DNA from: Utricularia gibba | Lineage: Eukaryota; Plantae; Magnoliophyta | Length of the DNA: 64,000 nt | Reading direction: 5' to 3' | Assembly: GCA_002189035.1 (NCBI GenBank) | Contig: CM007992.1 | Location: 3,100,001-3,164,000, forward strand | Shown here: piece after piece, positions 63,389-64,000 of the stretch | Numbering within the stretch: position 1 is the stretch's first letter | Layout of the letters: every line of letters begins with the position of its first letter | The notes under the pieces: model-generated | The model's input: the letters and a program-made list of their open reading frames with translations, nothing else | Told to the model about the DNA's origin: nothing | Database searches by the model: none | Position numbers and translations under genes: made by a program

Positions 63389-63929
63389 TCAAGCTGGGCA
63401 CGGGTCCGACTCGACCCGCCGAGTAAAAAATGAAATGTCTGACTCGGTGGACACGGGTTGACGAGTTGGACAGCTTGACTCGTCCCAGGTCACGAGTTGA
63501 CACTACAATGATATGTTTACGGTGCCTGGAGAATATTGAAATCAGTATCTTCTAGACATTACAATTGCATGTTTGCGATACCTAGAGAATATTGAAGCAA
63601 CTGTCTTCCAAGCGCTACAATTATATGTTTGCGCAGTCTTAAGAACAATGAAGCTAATGTCTTCCAAGCACTATAATTGTATGTTTGCGATGACTGAAGA
63701 ACATTGAAGCCAATGTCTTCCAAATATTGTAATGGTATGTTTGCGATGCCTGAAAATATTGAAACTAGTGTTTTATAGAACTATTTTGGTTGACCCGCCG
63801 GGTCAACTTGTACCCATGCACAATCAACCCGTCCCGTACCCATTTTTGAAAATTACGGGTAACGGGTCGGACCCGTCACGAGTCAACCCACCGGATACAC
63901 GGGTCAACCCATATCTATACCCAGCTCTA
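63389..63929. mobile_element. Non-autonomous hAT-type element (MITE)
   Basis: 8-bp TSD CCTACTAT (63381-63388, 63930-63937); TIRs TCAAGCTGGG / revcomp TAGAGCTGGG; subterminal GACCCG/CGGGTC motifs. Confidence 0.85.
63505..63775. repeat. 56-bp tandem repeat, ~5 copies, inside the hAT MITE
   Basis: atgttt(g/a)c anchor at 63513, 63569, 63625, 63681, 63737. Confidence 0.9.
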
Positions 63930-64000
63930 CCTACTATTAAACGACTTGTAACCACTAAAGACCATACCTGGTTGTGGCATTTCATTGAACACCTATAAGA

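Overview
Gene-dense eudicot plant nuclear DNA with spliced genes and AT-rich intergenic stretches. From left to right: the 5' eight exons of a LACS4-like gene (-); a tandem segmental duplication of a three-gene block (OXA1-like insertase, tRNA-Ala(CGC), small uncharacterised plant gene), where the left copy is pseudogenised in all three genes and its OXA1 basic C-terminal tail exon has expanded into a near-perfect 15 x 78-bp minisatellite; a mosaic junction between the copies carrying a 53-bp piece of the downstream UGT; AT-rich repeats and a foldback element; a UGT85-type glycosyltransferase with an extra intron inside the PSPG box; a BREVIS RADIX-like gene; a PMT20/21-type methyltransferase; three tandem clade-2 glutamate receptor-like genes (one with a long 15-aa-repeat H/Q/N-rich C-tail, one with a -1 frameshift); a P-type PPR gene convergent with a polyamine transporter; small ACBP; RUS1; a WAT1/UMAMIT transporter; an intron-retaining COG6 pseudogene; and a hAT-type MITE with an internal 56-bp tandem array. 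Several otherwise intact genes show single-base indels at G/C or T runs that may be assembly errors. Exon boundaries were read by eye from GT/AG sites and recalled protein homology; no database searches were run.
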